A DNA stretch of 64,000 nucleotides from Nitrospirota bacterium (lineage in GTDB: Bacteria; Nitrospirota; UBA9217): NCBI GenBank assembly GCA_963740085.1, contig CAVUCU010000004.1, positions 32,001 through 96,000 of the forward strand, read 5' to 3'. The translations under genes and the position numbers were made by a program. The stretch's first letter is position 1; each line of letters starts with the position of its first letter. Shown here piece after piece: positions 42,543 through 52,740 of this stretch. The notes below the pieces were generated by a model, which did no database searches, had not been told where the DNA came from, and saw only the letters and a list, made by a program, of their open reading frames with translations.

Positions 42543-43889
42543 TTGGGTCTTAAAAATCTCAAGAAACAAACGCAGAAAGAATCGCTGCCCATCGAGCCTT
42601 CCCTGTCGCCTCTGGCGTGGAGAATGCGTCCCCGCGTCCTGTCCGAGTTCGCGGGACAGAAGCATATCCTGGGTACGGGCAAGCTTCTGCGCAGGGCCAT
42701 TGAGACCGATCGGTTCATGTCGCTCATCTTATATGGTCCGCCCGGCGTAGGTAAGACCGCGCTTGCGCACCTGATCGCGGAGCGAAGCAGCGCTCACTTC
42801 GTATCGCTCAATGCCGTCACCGCCGGAGTGGCCGATATCCGGAAGGTAACGCACGAGGCGACGCAGGAACGGGCGCAAAGCGGCAAAAGGACCCTCCTCT
42901 TTATCGATGAGATACACCGCTTTACACGGGTACAGCAGGATGCACTACTGCCCGATGTGGAGCGGGGGAATATCACACTGATCGGCGCCTCAACACAGAA
43001 TCCCTTCTTTGCCATTATTCCAGCGCTCTCCTCACGTTCGCAGATCTTTGAGTTCAAACCGCTCGACGATGAAGATCTTAAAACGCTCATCCTTCGCGCG
43101 CTTGCCGACAAGGACCGGGGACTCGGTAACCTGGCGGTGACCCTGACGCCGGATGCTCTCGACCTCATTATTGCTAAATCCAACGGCGATGCGCGGCGGG
43201 CGCTGAATGCCCTTGAACTCGGCGTTCTCTCGACCGTACCGGGTCCCGACGGCGCAATCCTCTACGATCTCCATACGGCAGAGGAGTCCATTCAGAAGAA
43301 GGCGCTGGTCTACGATGAAGACGAACATTACGACACGATCTCCGCGTTCATTAAAAGCATGCGCGGGAGCGACCCTGACGCGACGCTCTACTGGATGGCA
43401 AAGATGATCGCTGCCGGTGAGGACCCGTTGTTCATCGCACGCAGGATCGTTATCGCCGCGAGCGAGGACGTCGGGAACGCGGACCCGAGGGCGCTCTTTG
43501 TGGCCGTTTCCGCATACCAGGCAGTGGAGCGCATCGGCATGCCTGAGGGCAAACTGCCGCTCGCGCAGGCGGCTGTGTACGTTGCCTCGGCGCCGAAGAG
43601 CAACGCGTCGTACCTCGGCATCAAAGAGGCGATGAGGGACATTGAGGAAGGGCGGCTTATGCCGGTACCGGACCATCTGAAGGACGCCTCATACAAGAGC
43701 GCGGGCCGTCTCGGGAGAGGCAAAGGCTACAAATATCCGCATGATTTTCCGGGCCACTATACGGCCCAGGACTACCTCCCGCAGAAGCGGGAGTATTACC
43801 GGCCCTCGGAGCAAGGCGAAGAAAAAAGGATCAAGGAACGCCTTGCCGGGCTGAAGAAGAGATACCAGGAGGAACACGGACATGATTGA
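42543..43889 (+). CDS. rarA: Replication-associated recombination protein A
   Basis: [51 protein letters not shown]. Confidence 0.96.
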   Translation: MGLKNLKKQTQKESLPIEPSLSPLAWRMRPRVLSEFAGQKHILGTGKLLRRAIETDRFMSLILYGPPGVGKTALAHLIAERSSAHFVSLNAVTAGVADIRKVTHEATQERAQSGKRTLLFIDEIHRFTRVQQDALLPDVERGNITLIGASTQNPFFAIIPALSSRSQIFEFKPLDDEDLKTLILRALADKDRGLGNLAVTLTPDALDLIIAKSNGDARRALNALELGVLSTVPGPDGAILYDLHTAEESIQKKALVYDEDEHYDTISAFIKSMRGSDPDATLYWMAKMIAAGEDPLFIARRIVIAASEDVGNADPRALFVAVSAYQAVERIGMPEGKLPLAQAAVYVASAPKSNASYLGIKEAMRDIEEGRLMPVPDHLKDASYKSAGRLGRGKGYKYPHDFPGHYTAQDYLPQKREYYRPSEQGEEKRIKERLAGLKKRYQEEHGHD

Positions 43890-45438
43890 GTATATTGTAG
43901 TGTTGATTGTAGGTCTTGCCATGGGCCTGGGTGCAGGCCTGCTGATCAAGGGAAAGTCAGCTGCAGGCAAGATCAAGGAAGCTGAAACGGAAGCGGCGAG
44001 GATCATTGCCAATGCCGAGCGCGAGGCGGAGACCAAACGCAAGGAGGCGGTGCTCGAGTCCAAGGACAAATTCTATCAGGCGCGGTCTGATTTCGAGAAG
44101 GAGACCCGGGAAAAGCGCCAGGAGATCCAGAACCAGGAACGTCGGCTCACACAGAAGGAAGAGAGCCTTGAAAAAAAGACCGACCTTATTGAAAAGCGGG
44201 AATCCGATGCAGTGCGGCGCGAGCGGGAGCTGACGGCGAAGGAAAAGATCGCGCAGGAAAAAGAGGAGCGCTTCGAGAAGGGGATCCACGAGCAGAGGCA
44301 GATGCTCGAAAAGATCGCGAACATGACCGCCGAGGAGGCAAAGCGCCAGCTCATGGTATCCATGGAAGACGAGGCCAAGTATGAGGCGGCCAAGACGATC
44401 AAACGGATCGAGGACGAGGCCAAGGAAGAGGCGGACAAGAAGTCGAAGAACATCATGAGCCTGGCCATCCAGCGGTACGCCAGCGACTATGTAGCCGAGG
44501 CCACGGTCTCCGTGGTCAATCTTCCCAATGATGAAATGAAAGGCAGGATCATCGGGCGCGAGGGCAGGAACATCAGGGCACTCGAGGCAGCGACGGGCAT
44601 CGACCTGATCATCGACGATACGCCGGAAGCGGTCATTCTGTCGTGTTACGATCCGCTTCGGAGAGAGATCGCGAAGCTTACCATTGAACGCTTGATCCAT
44701 GATGGACGCATCCATCCTGCCCGTATCGAGGAGATCGCCGAGAAGGTCAGGAAGGACCTCGATATCACGATGAAGGAGGAGGGAGAAAAAGCCGCCTTCG
44801 ATCTCGGCCTCCACAATATTCATCCCGAGATCATCAAACTTCTCGGGAGGCTCAGGTTCCGGACGAGCTATGGCCAGAACGTGCTGATGCACTCGCGTGA
44901 GGTCGCCTATTTCGCCGGCATCATGGCCGCGGAATGCGGCGTGGATCAGAAACTGGCGCGCCGCGCCGGTCTTCTGCACGACCTTGGCAAGGCGATAGAC
45001 CATGAGGTGGAGGGGACCCATCCTCAGATCGGCGGCGACCTGGCCAAGAAGTACGGTGAGAACCCCAAGGTGATCAACGCGATCATGACCCATCACGGAG
45101 AAGGGGAACCGAACTGCGTGGAGTCCGTTCTGGTCGCAGCCGCGGACGCGCTTTCAGCGGGAAGGCCGGGTGTGCGGCGCGAGACGCTCGAGAGCTATCT
45201 GAAGCGGCTTGAGCAACTCGAGACAGCCGCGAATTCCTTTAAAGGGGTCGAGAAATCCTACGCCATCCAGGCGGGGCGGGAGATCCGTATCATTGTCAAA
45301 CCGGAAGATCTCTCTGATGCGCACTCTGCCCAGCTTTCGCGCGATATTGCGAAGAAGATAGAGACCGAGATGTCCTATCCCGGTCAGATCAAGGTCACGG
45401 TGGTACGCGAGAGCAGGTATGTGGAGTACGCGAAATAG
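43882..45438 (+). CDS. rny: Ribonuclease Y
   Basis: TM plus coiled coil, KH ([13 protein letters not shown]), HD (LLHDLGK), AIQAGRE. Confidence 0.98.
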   Translation: MIEYIVVLIVGLAMGLGAGLLIKGKSAAGKIKEAETEAARIIANAEREAETKRKEAVLESKDKFYQARSDFEKETREKRQEIQNQERRLTQKEESLEKKTDLIEKRESDAVRRERELTAKEKIAQEKEERFEKGIHEQRQMLEKIANMTAEEAKRQLMVSMEDEAKYEAAKTIKRIEDEAKEEADKKSKNIMSLAIQRYASDYVAEATVSVVNLPNDEMKGRIIGREGRNIRALEAATGIDLIIDDTPEAVILSCYDPLRREIAKLTIERLIHDGRIHPARIEEIAEKVRKDLDITMKEEGEKAAFDLGLHNIHPEIIKLLGRLRFRTSYGQNVLMHSREVAYFAGIMAAECGVDQKLARRAGLLHDLGKAIDHEVEGTHPQIGGDLAKKYGENPKVINAIMTHHGEGEPNCVESVLVAAADALSAGRPGVRRETLESYLKRLEQLETAANSFKGVEKSYAIQAGREIRIIVKPEDLSDAHSAQLSRDIAKKIETEMSYPGQIKVTVVRESRYVEYAK

Positions 45439-45444
45439 CAGAAA

Positions 45445-45537
45445 CAGGAGCCAGAAGTCAGAATTCAGGAGTCAGGAGTAAAGGGAGACACATTAAAATC
45501 TTTATTCTGGCTCCTGTCTACTGCCTCCTGACTTCTG
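45445..45537. repeat. Heptamer-repeat hairpin between rny and ymdB
   Basis: CAGGAGCCAGAAGTCAGAATTCAGGAGTCAGGAG / TTCTGGCTCCTGTCTACTGCCTCCTGACTTCTG. Confidence 0.85.
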
Positions 45538-45553
45538 CATCTAAGGGGGTTCA

Positions 45554-46333
45554 TTGAAGGTCCTTTTCATCGGCGACATCATCGGCGAGCCGGGCAGGAA
45601 GATGGTTCGGCAGCAGCTGCGCGGTCTCCGGGACCTGCACCATCCCGATCTCGTTATCGCGAATGGAGAGAACTCGGCGGGCGGGTTCGGGATCACGTCC
45701 GAGATAGCCGATGAGCTGTTCTTTCTCGGCATCGACGTACTGACGTCGGGCAATCACGTGTGGGACAAGAAGGAGATCGAACCCTACCTGTCCAGGCAGG
45801 ACCGGCTCATCAGGCCGGCCAACTATCCCGAAGGCAATCCCGGACGCGGCAGTGTGGTCATCTCCACCGAGAACGCGGGCAAGGCCGCGGTCCTGAACCT
45901 CGAAGGGAGGGTCTTCATGTCGAACCTTGCAGACCCGTTCCGTGTTGCCGAACAGGAGATCGAGAGGCTGAAAAAAGAAACGCCTGTCGTGATCATTGAC
46001 TTTCACGCGGAGGCCACGTCCGAGAAGATCGCCCTTGCCTGGCACCTGGACGGCAAGGCAAGCGCGGTGATCGGGACCCATACCCATGTCCAGACAGCCG
46101 ACGAAAGGGTCCTTCCGGGCGGGACGGCCTTTATCACCGATGCGGGCATGACGGGGCCCACGGATTCGGTCATCGGCGTGAAGAAGGAACAGGCTATCGC
46201 GCGTTTTCTGTATCAAACCCCGCACCGGTTCGAAATACCAAAGGGCCCGGTGCATCTCTGCGCGGTCATCGTCGACGTCAACGAGACTACGGGGAAGGCG
46301 AACTCCATAGAACGAATATATGTGAAATCCTAA
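45554..46333 (+). CDS. YmdB-like (TIGR00282) metallophosphoesterase
   Basis: GDIIG, NGEN, SGNH, DFHAEATSEK, GTHTH; follows rny. Confidence 0.95.
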   Translation: MKVLFIGDIIGEPGRKMVRQQLRGLRDLHHPDLVIANGENSAGGFGITSEIADELFFLGIDVLTSGNHVWDKKEIEPYLSRQDRLIRPANYPEGNPGRGSVVISTENAGKAAVLNLEGRVFMSNLADPFRVAEQEIERLKKETPVVIIDFHAEATSEKIALAWHLDGKASAVIGTHTHVQTADERVLPGGTAFITDAGMTGPTDSVIGVKKEQAIARFLYQTPHRFEIPKGPVHLCAVIVDVNETTGKANSIERIYVKS

Positions 46334-46445
46334 ATCCGAAGCTCTCAAGTTCTAAACAATATCGAATAACCAAAATATTGAAAATTCTAATGTTTGAATT
46401 TCGTGCTTGTTTAGGAATTCGCGTTTCGGATTTGGTGCTTGTCTC

Positions 46446-47648
46446 ATGAAAACTCACATTGTAACCGTTTCCCAGCTTACCGCTCAGATTAAAAACCTCC
46501 TCGAAGGGTCATTTCCCGAGGTCTGGGTGGAAGGTGAGCTCTCGAACCTCAGCATCCCCCAGTCCGGCCACGCCTACTTCACGCTCAAGGACGAACGCGC
46601 CCAGATCCGCGCGGTCATGTTCCGCTCCTCACTTCGGTTCCTCAAGTTCACGCTCCAGCACGGGATACAGTTACTGTGCCGGGGGAGGGTCAGCGTCTAT
46701 GACCCGCGCGGCGAGTACCAGATCATCCTCGACTACATAGAACCCAAAGGCGTGGGCGCACTCCAGCTTGCCTATGAACAGCTCAAGGCGCGGCTCGACA
46801 AGGAAGGGCTCTTCGACCTTGACCGCAAGAAGCCGCTCCCGCTCCTTCCGCTGCGCATCGGTATTATCACCTCACCGACCGGCGCCGCGATCCGCGATAT
46901 GCTCCGCGTGATCAAGCGGCGCCATCCCAAGATGCATATTCTTCTCTATCCCGTGCCGGTGCAGGGCCTCGATGCCGCCCCCGCTCTTGTTGAGGCAATA
47001 CGCTATTTCAACAGCGAGAAGATCGTCGAGGTGATGATCATGGGCCGCGGCGGCGGGTCACTCGAAGACCTCTGGGCCTTCAATGAGGAATCGGTGGCGC
47101 GAGCGATCGCTGCATCGAAAATTCCGCTCATCTCGGCGGTCGGTCACGAGACGGACTACACGATCGCTGATTTCGTCGCTGATCTCCGGGCCCCGACGCC
47201 CTCTGCCGCAGCTGAGATGGTGGTGGAGAGCGAGGAGCGTTTTCGGGACACCATTCATTCTCTTGAAGTCCGGCTTGTCGGCCGAATGGAACAGATGATA
47301 GATACGGCGCGCGCATCGCTCCGAGAGAATATCCGTCTTCTGGGAGATCCGAGACGAAGACTTGAACAGGTCGTGCAACGGGTGGATGAACTGGTCCGCC
47401 GGATGGCGCTGGGGCTTCGGCAGCATGTGCGCAGGGATCGGGCGCAGCTCACTTCTTTGATCGCGGGTCTCGACCATTTGAATCCGCTGGGTATCCTTTC
47501 GCGCGGATACAGCATAACCAGAAAAATGCCTGATGGGGTGGTCCTCAAAGATGCCGCGGCGGTCATGTCCGGTGACCTGATCAGCACCCGGCTCAACGAG
47601 GGCGAGGTGTTGTCCCGGGTGGAACGGCATGACCCCCCTGACAGGTGA
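46446..47648 (+). CDS. xseA: Exodeoxyribonuclease VII large subunit
   Basis: WVEGELSN, SGHAYFTLKD, RGGGSLEDL, VGHETD, TPSAAAE. Confidence 0.97.
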   Translation: MKTHIVTVSQLTAQIKNLLEGSFPEVWVEGELSNLSIPQSGHAYFTLKDERAQIRAVMFRSSLRFLKFTLQHGIQLLCRGRVSVYDPRGEYQIILDYIEPKGVGALQLAYEQLKARLDKEGLFDLDRKKPLPLLPLRIGIITSPTGAAIRDMLRVIKRRHPKMHILLYPVPVQGLDAAPALVEAIRYFNSEKIVEVMIMGRGGGSLEDLWAFNEESVARAIAASKIPLISAVGHETDYTIADFVADLRAPTPSAAAEMVVESEERFRDTIHSLEVRLVGRMEQMIDTARASLRENIRLLGDPRRRLEQVVQRVDELVRRMALGLRQHVRRDRAQLTSLIAGLDHLNPLGILSRGYSITRKMPDGVVLKDAAAVMSGDLISTRLNEGEVLSRVERHDPPDR

Positions 47649-47731
47649 TAGACATCGAACCTCGCAGATGCCCTTGACCGGGCTGAAGCGAGCGCCCGCG
47701 ATTGCCGGAAGGGGTGTGTGTAGTTCTCCTT

Positions 47732-47760
47732 TTGACACCCGGCCCCTCTTGTGGTACATT
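47732..47760 (+). promoter_or_regulatory. sigma70 promoter, probably leaderless
   Basis: TTGACA-17-TACATT, then 7 nt to ATG 47768. Confidence 0.65.
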
Positions 47761-47767
47761 ACAAACC

Positions 47768-49861
47768 ATGCAGAAAGATATCGGCCAGGAAGATATACTT
47801 ACCCCTGAAGTGCACGATGTCATGCGCGCCCTCGTTTCGGCGATCAGGACAGTTAAGATCTATCCCTCCAATAATCCCATTTATTCCCAGTCAATAAAAA
47901 AATCCTTTGAACTGCTGGACCATTTCCTGGCCACGGCGCAGGAATACACTGTGGGCGTGCAAAAGACCAATTTCACCTATCGGCGCACGCCTGTCGGGAA
48001 AGAGGCGCAGCTGAACAGGGCCATTGCCCAGGACCTGTTCACGAAAGGGATCCGTGAGATCGTCCTCAGCGCCGGCGTGACCGAGGCGGAACTGCTGGAG
48101 CTTTGTCGGGCCCTCGCCCTGTCATCGGAAGAGCTGGCGATGAAGAACGGCATCTCTTCGATCCTCTGGGAACAGGGCGCTGGGCATATCAAGGTGTCCG
48201 AGGCGGGTCTTGATGAAATCATAACGACGAAGATATCAATGGGTTTGATGGATAAGACCGCAGCGGGGACCACGGCAACAACGGAAATTCCCGCGCCAAC
48301 TGCGGCCAGCAAGGGAAAGGTATTTTTTGGCCGCACACTGGTACTGAGCGACCTTATCAGCGATCCCGCGGGGTTCGCATACAGCATGCTTGATCTTGCA
48401 AAGCAGACACACGCTGAGGATGAAACCGTGGAGGACCGTCTGTATGCCCTGTATCAGGAAGCCGGCCGAAAGATAGAATCCGAGCATGCCGGACAGGGCG
48501 ATGGCATGTTCGAGAGCCTGGGCAAGTCCATTCTGTCCCTTGAACCAAACTTTCGAGAAGCACTCGTGGCCGGTAAATTGTATAAGGATCTGGACACGGA
48601 AATGGCGGCTGAACAGCAAACCGACGCCGAACAGGGCATGCCCTACGAGATTCATGAGGTCCAGACAGGACGTTTTTCTCATGCCTGGACCGTACAGCAG
48701 GTGTCAACACTCCTAAAGAAATCATCATTAAAAAAAAAGGCCCTTCCCTCAACACCGCTGTTGTCCCCCGCTGAGGTGAAAGCTGCGCCCCTGTCCGAGA
48801 ACATCCCCGAGATCGCACGGGAAATGGCCGAGTACAGTCCGGAAGAGCTGGAACAGCTCAAAGTTCTGGGAGAGGCTGGCAGAGAATCGGACACCTTCCA
48901 TGCAGCAGTACACACCTTCATCAGTTTGCTTTCCCTCGCGAAGAATCCCCTGCACGATGCGCCAGAGGAGAAGGAAGTAGCCCATTTTTCCAGCGTGGTC
49001 CACCAGCTCGAGGACATACTGACCTTTTTTTTGAAGGAAAAGGACTACGACCGCGCTCTGGGTATTATCCATGCGCTTCGGAAGCCGGTAGACCCGGCTT
49101 TCCAGTCGCGAATAAAAGAAGCTCTTAAAAGAACAGCGTCCAAGTCCATCATTGTGGCGGCGATCGGCGAGCTGAAAATACATCCAAAGGGTTCTCGAAA
49201 ATACCAGTCAGCCTATGCCTACATATCAGAACACGAACGGGAAACAACGGAAATCCTTCTGGAGCTCATGGCGGAAGAACAGGACAGGCTGAAGCGGATC
49301 TTCTATCTCGATCTCTTGAAAGATATCGGCAGGAACCAGATTGCACTGCTCGGGGAACTGCTTACAGACGGGCGCTGGTATTTTGTCCGCAATATCGTGA
49401 GCCTTCTGGGGGAAAGCAAGACGGACCAGGCGCTCACCTTTCTCCGAAAGGCGGCGGACCACAAGAATGTCCGTATCCGACAGGAAGTCATCAAAGGGCT
49501 GTTCACTGTCGGCGGGAAAAAGGCGGCAAGTATTCTGGTGAAGCTGCTGCGCGACAAAGATGCCGGCGTCCAGGTGACGGCGATCCATGCATATGGCGAC
49601 TTTCCCGGCATCGGTGCGGAGGAGTCAAGACCCCTGATCGAGTTCCTGGAGGAAAGGACCCTGAAAAAAAAGGACCAGGAACTGACGATCGAGGCGATCA
49701 AGGCACTTGGAAAGATCGGCGGACGGGAAGCGACGGAATTTTTAAAACGATATTCAATCACCCGGTGGTGGAAACCCCGAAAACTTCAGCAGGAACTCAA
49801 GGCCGCGGCGAAACATGCCGGTGACGAGATCGAGAGGAGACAGGGTGATGGCGGACGATAA
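47768..49861 (+). CDS. HEAT-repeat protein with uncharacterised N-terminal domain
   Basis: C-terminal D.RWYFVRNIV.LLG, H.N.RIRQE.IK.L, D.D..VQ..AI.A repeats. Confidence 0.8.
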   Translation: MQKDIGQEDILTPEVHDVMRALVSAIRTVKIYPSNNPIYSQSIKKSFELLDHFLATAQEYTVGVQKTNFTYRRTPVGKEAQLNRAIAQDLFTKGIREIVLSAGVTEAELLELCRALALSSEELAMKNGISSILWEQGAGHIKVSEAGLDEIITTKISMGLMDKTAAGTTATTEIPAPTAASKGKVFFGRTLVLSDLISDPAGFAYSMLDLAKQTHAEDETVEDRLYALYQEAGRKIESEHAGQGDGMFESLGKSILSLEPNFREALVAGKLYKDLDTEMAAEQQTDAEQGMPYEIHEVQTGRFSHAWTVQQVSTLLKKSSLKKKALPSTPLLSPAEVKAAPLSENIPEIAREMAEYSPEELEQLKVLGEAGRESDTFHAAVHTFISLLSLAKNPLHDAPEEKEVAHFSSVVHQLEDILTFFLKEKDYDRALGIIHALRKPVDPAFQSRIKEALKRTASKSIIVAAIGELKIHPKGSRKYQSAYAYISEHERETTEILLELMAEEQDRLKRIFYLDLLKDIGRNQIALLGELLTDGRWYFVRNIVSLLGESKTDQALTFLRKAADHKNVRIRQEVIKGLFTVGGKKAASILVKLLRDKDAGVQVTAIHAYGDFPGIGAEESRPLIEFLEERTLKKKDQELTIEAIKALGKIGGREATEFLKRYSITRWWKPRKLQQELKAAAKHAGDEIERRQGDGGR

Positions 49862-51281
49862 AGTCGATAATCGCGGAGAGGCAAGGCAGTCCTTTTACGC
49901 GAGACAACTTTTAATCGACTCGGCGCGGACCGCATTCCAGCAGCTCGCCGCCATCTTGAAAAACGCGACCCTGTATCCGGAAGCCCACCCGCATCTCCTT
50001 GGCGCAGCGGATAAATTCCGGGACAAGGTCGAAGAATTGCTTGCGGGGCGAAAGGAAGTGTCTTTCTTTCTTGTAGGAGGGGAACTGTTTTTTGAGAAGA
50101 TATCCATTCCGATCGATCAGTCGCTTTCCCTGCTCCTGGAACAATTCACCACGAGGGACGTGGGCGGGATCGTCTTCACACCGGGACTTACCTCTCAGGA
50201 ATTGATCCGGCTTGCCAGTCTCATGAACAAAGAACCCGCGGTTCTCGCCGGACAGGGGGGCATCCATGCTGTCATCGAAAAAGAGGGAATCCGGCACATT
50301 GTGCTTCACAACGTGGTGCTTGTCGAAAATCAGGTAGGTGACGACATCAAGTCGGGGAAAAAGAAGGCCTCCGAGGTGTTCAAGGACGCAGTCGACACGG
50401 TGAAGGAGATGGTCGAGGCAATGCATTTTGGCCAGTTGTCCAGTGTGCGAAAAGTGAACTCGGTCGTACAAACCATGGTGGACAGCGTCCTGGATAACCG
50501 GGACGCGCTCATCGGCATGACCAATCTCAAGATGTACGATGAATACACCTTTGCCCACTCCGTGAACACGTCGATCCTTGCGTCCTCCCTCGGGACCTAT
50601 CTCTCGTTCGACAAGTCGCAGGTCGCCGCCCTGGGTATGGCGGCACTGATGCATGATATCGGCAAGGTGGCGGTTCCCCTCGAGATCATCAATAAACCCG
50701 GCAAGCTCACGCCTGAAGAGTGGAATCACGTGAAACGGCATCCCGTCGAAGGGGCGCTGCTTCTCATCGATATTCCGGGTGTGTCCAGGCTGGCCATGGT
50801 GGGGGCTTTTGAGCACCACCAACATGGAGGAGACCGGGGCTATCCGCAGGTGAACGGTCAACACAAACGGCATCCCTTTTCTCAGATCGTGGCCCTCGCC
50901 GATGCTTATGAAGCACTCACTGCGGCGCGGGTGTATTACAGCGTCCAGATGCCACCGAACCAGGCCATCCAGATTATGATCAAGAACCGGGGTATCACCA
51001 GCGACCCCGTTCTCCTCAAGGCGTTCGTCAACATGGTCGGCATTTTCCCCATAGGGACCCTTCTTAAGCTGGACACGGGTGAGGTCGGCCTTGTCCTTCA
51101 TCAAACGCGCGATTTGATGCGCCCCCGCGTTCTGATCCTGAACCGGTTCGATGGATCGGAAAAGGAGACTGGTCAGGAAATAAGTCTGCTGGAGACCGTG
51201 GGAGGAAGGCATCGGCGTTCCATTGTCGGCACCATTGATCCGAATACTGCCAAAATTGATTTAAAGAAATATCTTGAATAA
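49848..51281 (+). CDS. HD-GYP domain protein (putative cyclic dinucleotide phosphodiesterase)
   Basis: DEYTFAHSVN, MHDIGK, KPGKLT..EW, EHH....RGYP, AD.YEALT. Confidence 0.9.
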   Translation: MADDKVDNRGEARQSFYARQLLIDSARTAFQQLAAILKNATLYPEAHPHLLGAADKFRDKVEELLAGRKEVSFFLVGGELFFEKISIPIDQSLSLLLEQFTTRDVGGIVFTPGLTSQELIRLASLMNKEPAVLAGQGGIHAVIEKEGIRHIVLHNVVLVENQVGDDIKSGKKKASEVFKDAVDTVKEMVEAMHFGQLSSVRKVNSVVQTMVDSVLDNRDALIGMTNLKMYDEYTFAHSVNTSILASSLGTYLSFDKSQVAALGMAALMHDIGKVAVPLEIINKPGKLTPEEWNHVKRHPVEGALLLIDIPGVSRLAMVGAFEHHQHGGDRGYPQVNGQHKRHPFSQIVALADAYEALTAARVYYSVQMPPNQAIQIMIKNRGITSDPVLLKAFVNMVGIFPIGTLLKLDTGEVGLVLHQTRDLMRPRVLILNRFDGSEKETGQEISLLETVGGRHRRSIVGTIDPNTAKIDLKKYLE

Positions 51282-51435
51282 GGGCGCCGGTGGGAACCGT
51301 TGCTGCGATCGTCTCTGGTTAGCATTCCTGAGGCACGTTTCTTGTATTTATCCTTGATTTTGTCAGTCCGTTGCGGATATAATTATTTTGTCGCGCTTTT
51401 CTTTTTTGGCCCGACATCGCGGGGTAAGCGATCAT

Positions 51436-51663
51436 ATGGCGGAAAAAAAATTTGAGACGGCACTGGCGCGGCTCGAGGAGATCGTTCAGAAGCTTGAGCA
51501 GGGAGACCTCCCGCTGGAGCAGTCGCTGAAATTGTTCGAGGAGGGGATAAGGCTTTCTCGCATCTGCAACACCCGGCTGGAAGAGGCCGAGCGCAAGGTG
51601 GAGGTCCTGCTCAAGGATAAGGCAGGAAATATGATCGCCAAACCGTTTGAAGAAGAGGAATAA
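51436..51663 (+). CDS. xseB: Exodeoxyribonuclease VII small subunit
   Basis: FE.AL.RLEEIV.KLE.GDLPLE.SL.LFEEG. Confidence 0.95.
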   Translation: MAEKKFETALARLEEIVQKLEQGDLPLEQSLKLFEEGIRLSRICNTRLEEAERKVEVLLKDKAGNMIAKPFEEEE

Positions 51664-51764
51664 CGGAAACAGGCGCTAGATTACAAATGACAAATCCCAA
51701 ATAAATTGCAAAGTCATAATTCCAATTTCTCAACCATTTGGAATTTGGAGCGTGCTTCTCACTT

Positions 51765-52655
51765 ATGGATATAGCATCATATCTTTCCAAAAAAAAAGCC
51801 ATCGTTGACAAGGCGCTCGATAAACTCGTTCCTTCCGCGAAGCTGTTCCCGACCTCGGTCCATGAGGCCATGCGCTACAGTCTCTTTGCCGGCGGCAAAC
51901 GGGTGCGGCCCATTATGGCCATTGCCGCTGCAGAGGCGCTCGGCGCAAGAATAAGCGGCCTGCTTCCCCTGGCAGGGTCTCTGGAACTCATTCACACGTA
52001 CTCGCTGATCCACGACGATCTTCCCGCCATGGATGATGATGATTTCAGGCGCGGGCGGCCGACCTGCCATAAGGTATTTGGCGAGGCCATTGCCATACTT
52101 GCGGGGGACGGGCTTTTGAACATGGCATTCGAAGTACTGTCCGATCCCCGCCGGATCAAAGCGGTCCCCGCGAACAGGCTCATTGCCATCATCAAAGAGA
52201 TCAGCGCTGCATCCGGCGTCCTTGGCATGGTGGGAGGGCAGGTAGTTGACATGGAGTCCGAGGGCAGGGAAATTGATTTCCCCACGCTCGAATACATCCA
52301 TACGCACAAGACCGGAGCGCTCATCCGTGCCTCGGTGCGGGTCGGCGCTGTCTATGCGAAGGCAAACGAGAAAAGGCTCAAAGACCTGACCCGGTACGGT
52401 GAGCTGGCTGGCCTCGCTTTTCAGATCGTTGATGATATCCTCGACATTACGGGTAAGCGGGAGGAGATCGGCAAGGACATCGGCAGCGACCTGAAGAAAG
52501 GCAAGAGGACCTACCCGAGCTTTTATGGTCTCGACGACTCATGCCTGAGGGCCGCCGAGGTTGCGGACAAGGCGATTTATGCCCTGCGGGACTTTGACCA
52601 TAAGGCAGACCCGCTCAGGGAATTGGCGAACTATATTGTGAAGAGAGTGAATTAA
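51765..52655 (+). CDS. ispA: Farnesyl diphosphate synthase
   Basis: GGKRVRP, SLIHDDLPAMDDDD.RRG, KTGAL, FQIVDDILD. Confidence 0.96.
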   Translation: MDIASYLSKKKAIVDKALDKLVPSAKLFPTSVHEAMRYSLFAGGKRVRPIMAIAAAEALGARISGLLPLAGSLELIHTYSLIHDDLPAMDDDDFRRGRPTCHKVFGEAIAILAGDGLLNMAFEVLSDPRRIKAVPANRLIAIIKEISAASGVLGMVGGQVVDMESEGREIDFPTLEYIHTHKTGALIRASVRVGAVYAKANEKRLKDLTRYGELAGLAFQIVDDILDITGKREEIGKDIGSDLKKGKRTYPSFYGLDDSCLRAAEVADKAIYALRDFDHKADPLRELANYIVKRVN

Positions 52656-52660
52656 ATAAT

Positions 52661-52728
52661 GGTGTCAGGGTTCGGGGTCCAGGGGTCAGGTAAAACCCTG
52701 AGAACCCTGACGACTGAACCCTGAACCC
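52661..52728. repeat. Heptamer-repeat hairpin between ispA and dxs
   Basis: GTGTCAG GGTTCGG GGTCCAG GGGTCAG / CCCTGAG..CCCTGAC GACTGAA CCCTGAA CCC. Confidence 0.8.
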
Positions 52729-52740
52729 AACGAGGTACTC

